Shown here: one piece after another, positions 46,139-56,106 of the stretch
Position numbering within the stretch: position 1 is the first letter of the stretch
How the letters are laid out: each line of letters starts with the position of its first letter
NCBI GenBank assembly: GCA_002762985.1
Contig: PCXZ01000034.1
Coordinates: 8,431 to 72,430, forward strand
Length of the DNA: 64,000 nucleotides
Source of the DNA: Candidatus Woesearchaeota archaeon CG10_big_fil_rev_8_21_14_0_10_44_13
Lineage (GTDB): Archaea; Nanobdellota; Nanobdellia; Woesearchaeales; UBA12501
Direction of reading: 5' to 3'
The notes under the pieces: model-generated
Seen by the model: the letters and a program-made list of their open reading frames with translations, nothing else
What the model was told of the DNA's origin: nothing
Database searches by the model: none
Program-made: the position numbers and the translations under genes

Positions 46139-47155
46139 ATGCAAAAAAGAGCCCAGCTGAGCGTATTCATAGTGGTTGGATTGATAATCCTTGCCGCAAT
46201 AGGTTTTCTTGTCTATATCAAACAGCCTAAAGCAGAGGAAGTGCCCGCGTCGATGGCTCATGTGAAGATTTTTGTCGACCAATGCGTCAAGAAGGTCGGC
46301 GAGGATGCCTTGGTGAATCTCGGATTAGGCGGTGGATATCTTTATTTTGATAATGTGGAGGCATTGCCGGCCTATTATGGGGATACTGCTTACTGGTACA
46401 TCGCAGGATACAATTTCGCCCCGAAGGATGAGATAGTCAAGGGGCAGATTGACAGGTATATGAAAGAGAACCTCAACTCCTGCCTGAACAATTTTGATGA
46501 TCTGCATGAGAACATAACATTCGGTGAAGTGGAGAGCAGTGCAGACATATTGCCTGACAAGGTCATATTCAATATAGATTTTCCTGTCACATTGAACGAC
46601 AGAGACATACAAAAGACAATATCATCTTTCTCGGGTGACGTGAACATAAGATTAGGCAGGATACTGAGCGCAGGAAGGAAAGTGATTGCCAAGGAGATGG
46701 AAGATCCTCTCAGCATAGACCTTACTTATCTCTCCCAGCTTGATCTGCCTGTGACTGCTTTCCATTATGACGACAGGATACTCATCTATATGATAAGGGA
46801 TTTTGATTATTCTGCAGAGAACCCTTACAGGTTCTTATTCGCGAGCAGGCTTGGCAAGGACAAGGAATTGGGCAACAGGCCTCCTTACTTCACAAACCTG
46901 GAGTTCATACTTGCTGCTGTCGGAGAGGATGTAAGCGCCAGGATAGAAGCGGTCGATCCTGAAGGCGACAAGATTATCTATAATGCAATAACACCCTTGT
47001 TTTTAATCGGGAATGACGGTTCGATAAGGTTTACGCCAATGGAAGATGATGTCGGAGTCTATGATGTTGTTGTAGAGGCAGAAGACAGCAAAGGGGCTGT
47101 GACTGCTGAAACACTGCATGTGGAAATATATCCTGAAGGGACTGCGCTGGAGTGA
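46139..47155 (+). CDS. 338-aa secreted protein with a class-III/pilin-like signal peptide; stand-alone version of the N-terminal domain of the giant Cys-rich proteins
   Basis: N-terminal MQKRAQLSVFIVVGLIILAAIG. The next ~250 aa align with the N-domains of 16436 and 26540 (C[IV]KK...GLGGGYL; D.P..LNDRD...). Confidence 0.6.
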   Translation: MQKRAQLSVFIVVGLIILAAIGFLVYIKQPKAEEVPASMAHVKIFVDQCVKKVGEDALVNLGLGGGYLYFDNVEALPAYYGDTAYWYIAGYNFAPKDEIVKGQIDRYMKENLNSCLNNFDDLHENITFGEVESSADILPDKVIFNIDFPVTLNDRDIQKTISSFSGDVNIRLGRILSAGRKVIAKEMEDPLSIDLTYLSQLDLPVTAFHYDDRILIYMIRDFDYSAENPYRFLFASRLGKDKELGNRPPYFTNLEFILAAVGEDVSARIEAVDPEGDKIIYNAITPLFLIGNDGSIRFTPMEDDVGVYDVVVEAEDSKGAVTAETLHVEIYPEGTALE

Positions 47156-47159
47156 GAAG

Positions 47160-50100
47160 ATGAAAAGACTGATTGTTTTGATGCTGGTCGGGATGATGCT
47201 TGCAGGAGCTGTTATTGCTGCAGAAGAGACAGCACAAGTCGGTTATGAAAAATGCCTTGATGACAAACAGACAAAACCATCAGAGATGGCTAAATGCCTG
47301 GAAGGATTCAAAGACTGGGACAAGGTAAAGCCTGACGACCTTGCTCAGATACTGGCAACTTGCAATGAATGCATCCAGAAGATAGACTGGTCGAAAATAA
47401 AGATCCCGGGCAGTGTTGACCCAAGTACTGCAATAAAAATACTCGGCTATGCCGGTGCGAATGGAAAATTGAACGATCTCGGCCAAGAAAACTTGAAAAT
47501 CGCTTTGGGAAAAATATGCAGGGTATCTGTTGAAAGCATAAACATCCTGGGTAATGTCGGACAGAACATAAGATTCGAGGATCTGCCTCCTACGCTGACA
47601 GTAGGCGACAGATACAATTACCCTCTTCAGGGCGTACAGAGCATAAAGATAGAGGGGGACATTGTTTCTGTTTCTTACAGCGACACGGCAATATTGCCTC
47701 TTAATTTGAAGATAAACGGCCAGGATGTTACATGCGACAAAAGCGCAAAAGACGGCTGCAAAGGCCTTAATGTTTATTGTAAAGGCAACGAATGCAAAAT
47801 CATTGTGGCAAATGGCCCATTGAAGATCGGGGACCTTCCATTGATAGCCAGCGGAGAGATAACCTATAAGCAGGGTGAGGGCGGGAAGATAGAACTCACG
47901 AAAATAAACGCTAAAATAGCTCCTAGAGACTGTAAATACCCAAGTATTTTTAACATGGACGGGAAAAAGATAATCATACCTTATGTAGCACTACCAACAG
48001 AAGCGGAAATCAATCTTGAGCTGACAAAGTGCGGGACAGCAAATAATATCCCCTGCTTAAAGATAAATAAGGCGACAGAAGGAGTTATATTCTTCACCCC
48101 CCAACCCCCTGACCATCTAGGCAGGCTTGTTGCTGGGAAAGGAGGGATAACAAATGGGTTTATTGCATCAGACAGCAGCATCGTTTCAGTCAGCCAGGGA
48201 GACGCAACATATTATGATTACACCATATGCAGTAAAAACCCCGATGAAAAATGTGATTTAAGCAAGGTATTCCCCATCTTCTCAGGCAGATTCACAGTAG
48301 GCTATTCAAACAATAAGCTGAGCAGCGCATTATTGAATGAAGGCAGCACAGCGGTATTCGGGAATGGGTACACAAGAAGCCTTAAAGGCACAAGCTATGT
48401 TGGCTTTGAGGTCCCACAGGGCGTGAATGTGGATACATCTGATGGGATGATGCCGTCTGAATATTCGCAGGCATTCCTTGCGATGAAAAACAAGCTTGAT
48501 CTGCGCCAGAATGCGGTCATACTTCTGCCGACAGGCGCTGTAGGTTTTGCTGCTGATGGAGGCAGCATAGAGGTCGCTGCAAGGATAGGGAAGAAAGATG
48601 AACCCTGGAGACAGGTGGCAATCAATCCAGGTGCCTATGCAGGCACTTTTGACATAGACACAGAGGTCATAGGCATTGAGAGGGTGGATGTCGGCATAGG
48701 TGCATGGAAGCCCGATCTTGCAAGGAAACAGGAAGGAGGAAGATTAGGCTCATTATACCAGTCAAACAGCGCAGAACCGAATATAGGAAAACTCACTTTC
48801 AGCCTGAATCAGGATGGGGGCATAAGCGTAGCTGAGGACAGGAATTCCAACCAGGCAGGCACTTATACAAGAGTAGATGGGATAAAAGGCATCCCGCCCG
48901 GCAAAGGGGATAATGTGGCAAGAGTGGACGGCACTGTCCTGATGATGCCAGGAGGGGTTGTGTTCGGCATGGGCAATCTGGGCAGCGGAGAGGCGAGTGC
49001 CGCATTAAAAAATAAGATAGTTGATTACATGAAACAGAACAAGCTCCCGGATATCGCAAAAACCGCCCTGATATTCGCTCCGATAGACCCGACAATAACT
49101 TCGCAAAAAACATTCGAATGGGTTAGTGCTTTCTCAGGCTGCAAACCTGAAGATAAGTCAGATGCGTGCAATAAGTTCAATGAAGAGATAGGTAAGATTG
49201 TCGCTGATCCGAATGTGTACAGCCTCCCAATACCTTCGCCCGTAAATCCTACAAGAATTTTAGGCACAGGACAGCCTGGTGAAATCGAACCAGGGGCATC
49301 TGGTGTTCCTTTAGGGGATATCCCTCTTAAATTGCAGGAAGCATGCAATTCCCCTAAGACGGCTGCAGAGTGGAAAGTCTGCAGGGAAGCGTGGAATAAA
49401 GGATGGCAGGAGCTTGGGCCAAATGTCATGATGGAATACTGCGCTTATGTCCCCCGCCAGGGAATGAACAGGAATTCTGAGATACAGCAGAACCTATGCC
49501 TGATGGGGATAAACACGGGGACGATCGACGGCTGGTATGGAAGGATGACAAGAACTGGAGTTAGGGAATTCCAGCAGACATTCAATGCTCTGCCTGCTGA
49601 CACAAGGGCAGGCTGCAACTGCGTATTCGGCCAGAGTAGATTGAGAGTTGACGGTGTTTTCGGCGATAATACCCTTTGCGCTTATAATTGCGTAGTGAGC
49701 AGCGGATATTCCGGCAAAGTGCAGAATGCAGTCATAGTCGCAAAGCAGGCGAACAGGCCTGTGGCAACAGAGGACTTCCAGGCTGAGCCGAAGAATACAG
49801 GTGCAGGAGAACCGGCTGGTGTAGCAGCGTCCGTAAAGCCGGCAGAACCTGTTACTCCTGCTACTGCTCCTAAACCTATATGTCCTGCTGCTTGTCCTAG
49901 AAAGGATGAAGTTTGTAATGAAGCAACAGGAATTTGCGGACCCAAATCAGCTGCAATAGTAAGTCCAGTTGCGCCTGTTGCTGCAAAAACACCATCTTTA
50001 CCTGCTCCTCCAACTAATCTCCCAAAAACTGCAGTCCAATATGTATCTGGAGAGGGGAATACCCAGGTTGTGGGGGTTGATATCACTAAATTACCGGATA

Positions 50101-50336
50101 ACCCTAATGTTAAAGGATCGCAAACGCCTGGAAAGGTAACTACGGCTAAAAGCGGCATGCAAGCGATGGTAGCAGCAGCATTATATGGTGATCCAAGAGG
50201 TAAAACCGTGCAATTGCAGGTTATAACTGAAGGAAACAAAGTAAGAGTAGATTGTAACAGATTTGTTAGGCCTGCAGGAGTAACTGATGCAAACTGGTGC
50301 AATTTCCAAAAGACTTATTGTGGAAAATCCTGTTAG
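47160..50336 (+). CDS. 1059-aa secreted protein with a C-terminal peptidoglycan-binding-like (PG_binding_1-type) module and a Pro/Ala linker
   Basis: Signal peptide MKRLIVLMLVGMMLAGAVIAAEE. The module IDGWYGRMTRTGVREFQQTFNALPADT...VDGVFGDNTL fits the [DN]G.[FY]G..T..A[LV]..FQ ... DG..G..T pattern. A PAEPVTPATAPKP linker follows, then a C-terminal domain. Confidence 0.6.
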   Translation: MKRLIVLMLVGMMLAGAVIAAEETAQVGYEKCLDDKQTKPSEMAKCLEGFKDWDKVKPDDLAQILATCNECIQKIDWSKIKIPGSVDPSTAIKILGYAGANGKLNDLGQENLKIALGKICRVSVESINILGNVGQNIRFEDLPPTLTVGDRYNYPLQGVQSIKIEGDIVSVSYSDTAILPLNLKINGQDVTCDKSAKDGCKGLNVYCKGNECKIIVANGPLKIGDLPLIASGEITYKQGEGGKIELTKINAKIAPRDCKYPSIFNMDGKKIIIPYVALPTEAEINLELTKCGTANNIPCLKINKATEGVIFFTPQPPDHLGRLVAGKGGITNGFIASDSSIVSVSQGDATYYDYTICSKNPDEKCDLSKVFPIFSGRFTVGYSNNKLSSALLNEGSTAVFGNGYTRSLKGTSYVGFEVPQGVNVDTSDGMMPSEYSQAFLAMKNKLDLRQNAVILLPTGAVGFAADGGSIEVAARIGKKDEPWRQVAINPGAYAGTFDIDTEVIGIERVDVGIGAWKPDLARKQEGGRLGSLYQSNSAEPNIGKLTFSLNQDGGISVAEDRNSNQAGTYTRVDGIKGIPPGKGDNVARVDGTVLMMPGGVVFGMGNLGSGEASAALKNKIVDYMKQNKLPDIAKTALIFAPIDPTITSQKTFEWVSAFSGCKPEDKSDACNKFNEEIGKIVADPNVYSLPIPSPVNPTRILGTGQPGEIEPGASGVPLGDIPLKLQEACNSPKTAAEWKVCREAWNKGWQELGPNVMMEYCAYVPRQGMNRNSEIQQNLCLMGINTGTIDGWYGRMTRTGVREFQQTFNALPADTRAGCNCVFGQSRLRVDGVFGDNTLCAYNCVVSSGYSGKVQNAVIVAKQANRPVATEDFQAEPKNTGAGEPAGVAASVKPAEPVTPATAPKPICPAACPRKDEVCNEATGICGPKSAAIVSPVAPVAAKTPSLPAPPTNLPKTAVQYVSGEGNTQVVGVDITKLPDNPNVKGSQTPGKVTTAKSGMQAMVAAALYGDPRGKTVQLQVITEGNKVRVDCNRFVRPAGVTDANWCNFQKTYCGKSC

Positions 50337-50386
50337 GCCTGATTCGTTTCGAAACATTTAAAATATCCCTTCTTCTTTGATTATTT

Positions 50387-51784
50387 ATGCCGCTGAAACT
50401 CTTCAATACATTAACCCGCAAGACCGAGCTCTTCAAGCCCATAAAGGCCGGAGAAGTAAAGATTTACAGTTGCGGCCCTACAGTCTATGATTTCGCCCAT
50501 ATAGGCAATTTCAGGGCATATGTATGCTCAGACATATTAGTCAGGTATCTCGAATACAAGGGCTTTAAGGTCACCCAGGTCATGAACCTTACAGATGTGG
50601 ATGACAAGACAATAAAAGGATCGATGAAGGAGAAGATCAGCCTTGATGAGTACACAAAAAGGTACAAAAAAGCGTTCTTTGATGACATAGGATCCCTGAA
50701 CATCAGGAAAGCGGACTTCTATCCTGAGGCCACGAAGACCATAAAAGAGATGGTTGAACTTGTGAAGACGCTGATGGATAAGGGCTTCGCATACAAGGGG
50801 GATGACGGCTCGATATATTTCTCAGTGAAAAAATTCAAGGATTACGGCAGATTGGCCCACATAGACACAAAAGGCCTTAAGTCAGGAGCAAGGGTCAAGC
50901 AGGATGAATACGACAAGGAACAGGTCAATGATTTCGCATTATGGAAAGCCTGGGACAAGAATGATGGGGATGTCTTCTGGGAGACAGAACTCGGAAAAGG
51001 AAGGCCAGGATGGCATATTGAATGCAGCGCAATGTCCATGAAATACCTTGGGAAGAGCTTTGACATCCACACTGGAGGCATAGACCTAATCTTCCCGCAC
51101 CACCAGAACGAGATAGCGCAGTCTGAAGCTGCAACAGGCAAGAGATTCGTCAATTATTGGGTGCATAATGAATACCTCATGGTAGACGGCAAGAAGATGT
51201 CCAAGAGCCTCGGCAATTTCTACACATTGAAGGATCTCCTAGACAAGGGCTATAAGCCGAAGGCCATACGCTACCTTCTGCTGTCAGCGCATTACCGCAC
51301 TCATCTGAATTTCACAGAGGAAAGCGTCAGTGCTGCAGAGCATTCTGTGCAGAGGCTGCTGGATTTCATGGAAAAGCTTGGGACGCTGAAAGGAGATAAG
51401 GAGAACAAAGAGATAAAAACGCTCCTAGGGGATATCAAGAAGAAGTTTGAAGAAGCCATGGATAATGACCTGAATGTAAGCTCTGCGCTCGCATCGGTAT
51501 TCGAGCTCGTCAATAAGGTCAATAAGCTCATCGCAGAGGACAGGATAGGCAGGAAAGACGCCCAAACTATAATGGGGCAGATGGATGATTTCGACAAAGT
51601 CCTGGGAATCCTGGAAATAGAGAAAGAAGATGTCCCGAAGGATATAATACAGCTCGCAAAAGACAGGGAGGAGGCCAGGAAAAACAAGGATTTCAAGAAG
51701 GCAGACCGATTAAGGGATAGGATAAAAGAAAAAGGTTATGTCCTTGAGGACACGCCTCAAGGAACAAAGGTAAAAAAAGTTTAA
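50387..51784 (+). CDS. cysS: cysteinyl-tRNA synthetase
   Basis: HIGN (HIGH variant) ...HIGNFRAYV; Zn-binding CGPTVYD...; KMSKS motif; CysRS-specific WHIECSAM; 465 aa. Confidence 0.9.
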   Translation: MPLKLFNTLTRKTELFKPIKAGEVKIYSCGPTVYDFAHIGNFRAYVCSDILVRYLEYKGFKVTQVMNLTDVDDKTIKGSMKEKISLDEYTKRYKKAFFDDIGSLNIRKADFYPEATKTIKEMVELVKTLMDKGFAYKGDDGSIYFSVKKFKDYGRLAHIDTKGLKSGARVKQDEYDKEQVNDFALWKAWDKNDGDVFWETELGKGRPGWHIECSAMSMKYLGKSFDIHTGGIDLIFPHHQNEIAQSEAATGKRFVNYWVHNEYLMVDGKKMSKSLGNFYTLKDLLDKGYKPKAIRYLLLSAHYRTHLNFTEESVSAAEHSVQRLLDFMEKLGTLKGDKENKEIKTLLGDIKKKFEEAMDNDLNVSSALASVFELVNKVNKLIAEDRIGRKDAQTIMGQMDDFDKVLGILEIEKEDVPKDIIQLAKDREEARKNKDFKKADRLRDRIKEKGYVLEDTPQGTKVKKV

Positions 51785-52554
51785 TTTCCTCGTTCTGATT
51801 GTCTTCCTGCATGTCCTCCAGAATATGCGCCTGCCATCGGACCATCCTTGCATGAATCACGCATAGTGTTTTCAGCACGCTCTTCTAAAGATGTACTTTT
51901 AAGGGCTGCCACAACAATTCTTCCGCCGAACAGTTCATATCTCTTCACATTAGGGTGATCGAATAATGTGTGTGTGCCTTGATTTCCATTTAGGTTGAAC
52001 CCTTCTTTGGGCCTATCCTGCATTATATGGTCAATTACCCTATAATTTATGAATAGTGTTTGATGCAAAGCCGGATCAGGTACTGCAAAATATTCTGTCG
52101 GTCCCTCGGAATACTCAACCACAATATGTTGCCCTTTCGCACCTTCCCTCCAGAGATAGTTAAGGAACTCTTTTATATCAGCTTTAGGTATGCCTGATTC
52201 TTCGATTCTCGCCTTCATATCTAACATATCTTTTCTTTTGACTTTCAGATCAAATAATTCGCATGCTTCCCCTACAAGATTGGTTATTGTCAGATTCTCT
52301 CCAGAAGTATTGGGATTAAGAAACACGCCCCATAATCCATCTAAAGGAGGACAATAATTTTTCTGGGGGTGTGAATGTAAATCAGCATCTCCACCTGTAT
52401 CCCCGCAATAAAGGCTTCTTTTTGGTGGGTTTGGGCTAACAACTTCACAAGGGGCCATTACACCACCTGCCTTCTCCTCATGATAAAACTCCAACCCTTC
52501 ATTTATGTGATCTCTTTCGTCTATTATAGGTCTTCTTTTCATTATCATTCTCAA
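51781..52554 (-). CDS. hypothetical protein; contains an HSHP-containing motif reminiscent of JAMM/MPN (the conserved Ser is replaced)
   Basis: 257 aa and convergent with cysS (4-nt overlap). ...EGLEFYHEEK...GDTGGDADLHSHPQKNYCPPLDG.... I make no confident family call. Confidence 0.4.
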   Translation of the reverse strand: MRMIMKRRPIIDERDHINEGLEFYHEEKAGGVMAPCEVVSPNPPKRSLYCGDTGGDADLHSHPQKNYCPPLDGLWGVFLNPNTSGENLTITNLVGEACELFDLKVKRKDMLDMKARIEESGIPKADIKEFLNYLWREGAKGQHIVVEYSEGPTEYFAVPDPALHQTLFINYRVIDHIMQDRPKEGFNLNGNQGTHTLFDHPNVKRYELFGGRIVVAALKSTSLEERAENTMRDSCKDGPMAGAYSGGHAGRQSERGN

Positions 52555-52680
52555 TCCCTCCTATTCACTACTACCCATAAAAAACTTCAGATATTTATTT
52601 AGGTATATAAAATTAACGGAGATTCTGCAGGAATCACGGCCTTTTTTCGCCAAGAAACTGGGACGAAAGCCTGTTTTGGA

Positions 52681-55143
52681 TTATCCATTCTTCGCTTCTT
52701 TTATTATCTCGACATCCACATTGACATAAGAATTGGCGCATTTCATGCTGGCCTTCCCGAAGGTTATCTCCTGGGCATTCGAGGCTGCCTTCAGGTCATC
52801 CAGGACGATCTCAAGCAGTTTCCTGTCTTCGGCCTTGATATCTATTGTCAGCTTCACAGGCGTCTTCAGGGAGACCTGCTTTGCGGATTTCTCCTTCCTC
52901 ACAACGGCAAGTATATCGACCAGAAGATCTCCTGCCTTCTCTGCTTTCCCGTCAATCAGTCCGGGGTCAGGCTCAGGCCATTTGCTGACATGTATGCTTT
53001 TCACACCCTCCAGCTTTGCAAAATGAAGATGGTATATTGATTCTGTTATATAAGGCATTATCGGCGCCATCAGTTTCAGCACTCCGAGCAATGAAGTATA
53101 GAGGGTGAATTTAGCAGACTCTATGTCCTCCTTGCTGTATCTTGCAGGGTTGTATATCCTGTCCTTGATTATCTCGAGATAATTGTCGCAGAGGATCTGC
53201 CAGAAGAACTTCTCTGCCTCTGCTTTTGTCTTCGAGTATTCATACCCGTCAAAGTATTCTGTGCATTCCTTAACTATGTTGTTGAACTTCGTGAGCACCC
53301 ATAGATCAATGGGCCTTATGCTCTTCAGGTCCATCTTCCTGCATCTGTAATCAGCGATATGCATCATTGCGAATTTTGAGGCATTCCACAGCTTTGTGAT
53401 CATCTTCTTTCCCGTGACAAGGTCCTTCTCCTGATAAGGCAGGTCCTCTCCGAGCTTCGAGCCAGAGGCCCAGAATCTCAGGCAGTCTGCCCCGTACTTT
53501 GCTATGACGGCCTGCGGCTCTACTACATTGCCTTTTGATTTTGACATCTTCTTGCCGTGCGGATCAAGCGCCCAGCCCGAAATCATGACATCTTTCCATG
53601 GGTTTATATTGTTCTGCATCTGGCTCTTGACCAATGTATTGAAAAGCCAGAAAGTGATTATGTCGTGCGCCTGCGGCCTTAGGTCCATGGGGTAGAGCTT
53701 GTCATACATGTCAGGGAAAAGCGATGCTGCAATCTGGGGGGATAAGGAACTTGTCGCCCATGTGTCAAGGACGTCTGATTCAGGCTCGAATTCAGAAGAT
53801 CCGCACTTGCACTTTTTCTTTGGCTTGTCCTTGACTGGGTCAACTGGCAATTGGGACTCGTCAGGCAATATCACCTCGCCGCACTTACTGCAGTACCACA
53901 CCGGTATTGGTATCCCGAAATGCCTCTGCCTTGATATGCACCAATCCCACTGCAGGCCCTTTATCCAGTTGTCATACCTGTTCTTCATATGGTCAGGATA
54001 CCAGTTAAGCCTGTTGCCTGCTTCCATGAATTTATCCCTGAGATCAAGATATCTTATGAACCATTGGTTTGTCTGCAGTATCTCAACTGGCGTCCCGCAT
54101 CTCTCATGGACATTCACCGCATGTTTTATCGGTGTCTGGGAAAGAAGCAGTTTGTGGTTCTTAAGGTCCTCGATTATCGCTTTCCTTGCCTCTTTTATGG
54201 TCTTCTCCTCATAGCCAGGAGCCAACTCATTCATCCTGCCATCTTTTGTTATGGCTACCTTAAGGGGCAGCTTGTGCTTGTAATACCATTCCATGTCTGT
54301 CTGATCGCCGAAGGTGCAGCACATCACTGCTCCTGTGCCTTTCTCAGGATCCGCTTTCTCGTCAGGAAGTATAGGGACTTCGTGGTTGAACAGCGGAACT
54401 TTTGCCTTCTTTCCGAAAAGTTTCCTGTACCTCTTGTCATCAGGATGCGCGAATATCGCTACGCATGCAGGCAACAGCTCAGGCCTTGTAGTGGCTATGA
54501 TGAGGTCAGAGCCGTCCTCAAGCTTGAACACTATGTCATTGAAGAAGCTTTCAAATTCCCTGTCCTCCATCTCTACTTGGGCTATGGCTGTCTGGCATTC
54601 AGGGCACCATAATGTCGGCGCTTCTTTCCTGTACTCCCTGCCTGCCTTGTATATGTCGATGAATGATTTCTGGGATATCTTCCTGCAGTGATTGTCTATC
54701 GTCGTGTAATATATGCTGAAATCGGCGCTCGTCCCTATCCTCTTCCAATCGGATATGTATTTCGGTCTGACTTCAGAAAGCACTTCGAGGGTCAGGTTTA
54801 TGAACTCATCCCTGCCCATCATGGTCCCCTTGACCTTCTTCATCGACTCGACAAGCCTTATCGTCGCAAGGCCGTTGTCGTCTGTGCCGAAGGGATAGAA
54901 GACATTAAAGCCCCTCATCCTCTTGTAACGGGCTATGAAATCCTGCTGGGAATATGAGAAAGCATGACCTATATGCATCTTCCCTGAAACGGTCGGCGGA
55001 GGGGTGTCTATGCTGAAGATCTTCTTCTTCGACAGAGGATCAAACTTGTATATCTTCTCTTTCTCCCAGAATGACTCTATCTTAAGCTCTTCTTTAAGAG
55101 GATCATAGTTCTGGTTTTCCTGTTTCTGCTGAGCTTCTGCCAT
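52681..55143 (-). CDS. valS: valyl-tRNA synthetase (archaeal type)
   Basis: Class I aaRS with TPPPTVSGKMHIGHAFSYSQQDFIARYKRMRGFNVFYPFGTDDNG, a Val-type P-P-P-x-x-S-G HIGH region. It also has KMSKSKGN and a CP1 editing insertion. 820 aa. Confidence 0.7.
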   Translation of the reverse strand: MAEAQQKQENQNYDPLKEELKIESFWEKEKIYKFDPLSKKKIFSIDTPPPTVSGKMHIGHAFSYSQQDFIARYKRMRGFNVFYPFGTDDNGLATIRLVESMKKVKGTMMGRDEFINLTLEVLSEVRPKYISDWKRIGTSADFSIYYTTIDNHCRKISQKSFIDIYKAGREYRKEAPTLWCPECQTAIAQVEMEDREFESFFNDIVFKLEDGSDLIIATTRPELLPACVAIFAHPDDKRYRKLFGKKAKVPLFNHEVPILPDEKADPEKGTGAVMCCTFGDQTDMEWYYKHKLPLKVAITKDGRMNELAPGYEEKTIKEARKAIIEDLKNHKLLLSQTPIKHAVNVHERCGTPVEILQTNQWFIRYLDLRDKFMEAGNRLNWYPDHMKNRYDNWIKGLQWDWCISRQRHFGIPIPVWYCSKCGEVILPDESQLPVDPVKDKPKKKCKCGSSEFEPESDVLDTWATSSLSPQIAASLFPDMYDKLYPMDLRPQAHDIITFWLFNTLVKSQMQNNINPWKDVMISGWALDPHGKKMSKSKGNVVEPQAVIAKYGADCLRFWASGSKLGEDLPYQEKDLVTGKKMITKLWNASKFAMMHIADYRCRKMDLKSIRPIDLWVLTKFNNIVKECTEYFDGYEYSKTKAEAEKFFWQILCDNYLEIIKDRIYNPARYSKEDIESAKFTLYTSLLGVLKLMAPIMPYITESIYHLHFAKLEGVKSIHVSKWPEPDPGLIDGKAEKAGDLLVDILAVVRKEKSAKQVSLKTPVKLTIDIKAEDRKLLEIVLDDLKAASNAQEITFGKASMKCANSYVNVDVEIIKEAKNG

Positions 55144-55242
55144 ATTATGTTACACCTGCAATAGGTTATATCCGGAGATATTATATCCCGTCAAGATTGC
55201 GTCCTATATCATAAGGCAAACACCGTATATCACGCTATCGTA

Positions 55243-56028
55243 TCACATTATGCCCATCCATGTGTAGATAAGCTTGTCTACTGCCCTTGCAAGCTCGAAG
55301 CCATTGCCCTGTATCCTTATGCAATTGCCATCCTGGACGATCTTTGTCAGTGTTGCCTCTTCCATATAGATTATGGGGTTCTGGTTGTTGTTCTCGCAGT
55401 TCACAATCTCCCTCTTGCTGCATACCTCTGTCTCGTTCTTTGTGCATGCTGCTACAACAAGCTTGTTGAAGAAAGTGGAAGATGCTATGCTTAATTCTCC
55501 TGCTGCCATGCCGACATGGCTAAGGTCGGCCCCCACAGGATCGAATGTGATATAAGTCCCGTTAAAGGCCGCAAACTGATTTATATCGCCGTCCACAGTT
55601 ATGTTCTCGGCCTGCCTTGGCCCGTAATGCAGCTGAAGGCTGTACATCCTATTCTCATTGGAATTGACTGCCTTTGTGAACCACATCCCATTCGCATAAA
55701 CAAAGCTGAATCCCTTGTACATATAGCCTTGGTCAGGATCAAGTTCGCCCTTGATGTTCTGCGTGTGAAGCTCGTCTATTGTGACGATCTTGGGCTTGTC
55801 CAGGACTTTTATGCCGAAGAATATGACTGCAAAAATGCCAAGGACGAAGAGTGTCAGCAGGATGAAATTCACTTCTGTCTTTTTATCTTCCCTGCCATCT
55901 GCAGACTTGTTTTTTCCAGAATTCTTTCCAGAAATTTCCGGGCTGCCTGCGCCACTGCCCGCATTCTTTCCCTGAGACATTTGGCTTCCTGCCTTGCTGC
56001 CCTTATTGTTCTTGCCTGTTTTTTTCAT
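55243..56028 (-). CDS. hypothetical secreted protein with a K/G/S-rich N-terminus and a signal-anchor
   Basis: The low-complexity basic N-terminus is followed by a TM (FILLTLFVLGIFAVIFFGI) and a ~180-aa extracellular domain. It lies upstream of valS on the same strand. Confidence 0.5.
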   Translation of the reverse strand: MKKTGKNNKGSKAGSQMSQGKNAGSGAGSPEISGKNSGKNKSADGREDKKTEVNFILLTLFVLGIFAVIFFGIKVLDKPKIVTIDELHTQNIKGELDPDQGYMYKGFSFVYANGMWFTKAVNSNENRMYSLQLHYGPRQAENITVDGDINQFAAFNGTYITFDPVGADLSHVGMAAGELSIASSTFFNKLVVAACTKNETEVCSKREIVNCENNNQNPIIYMEEATLTKIVQDGNCIRIQGNGFELARAVDKLIYTWMGIM

Positions 56029-56106
56029 TGCGATTCCTCTCTAAAACCTTACTCAATTTATTTATATAAGTCTGATTATGGATCTTATAATGAGTCTGAT
56101 CCGCAC

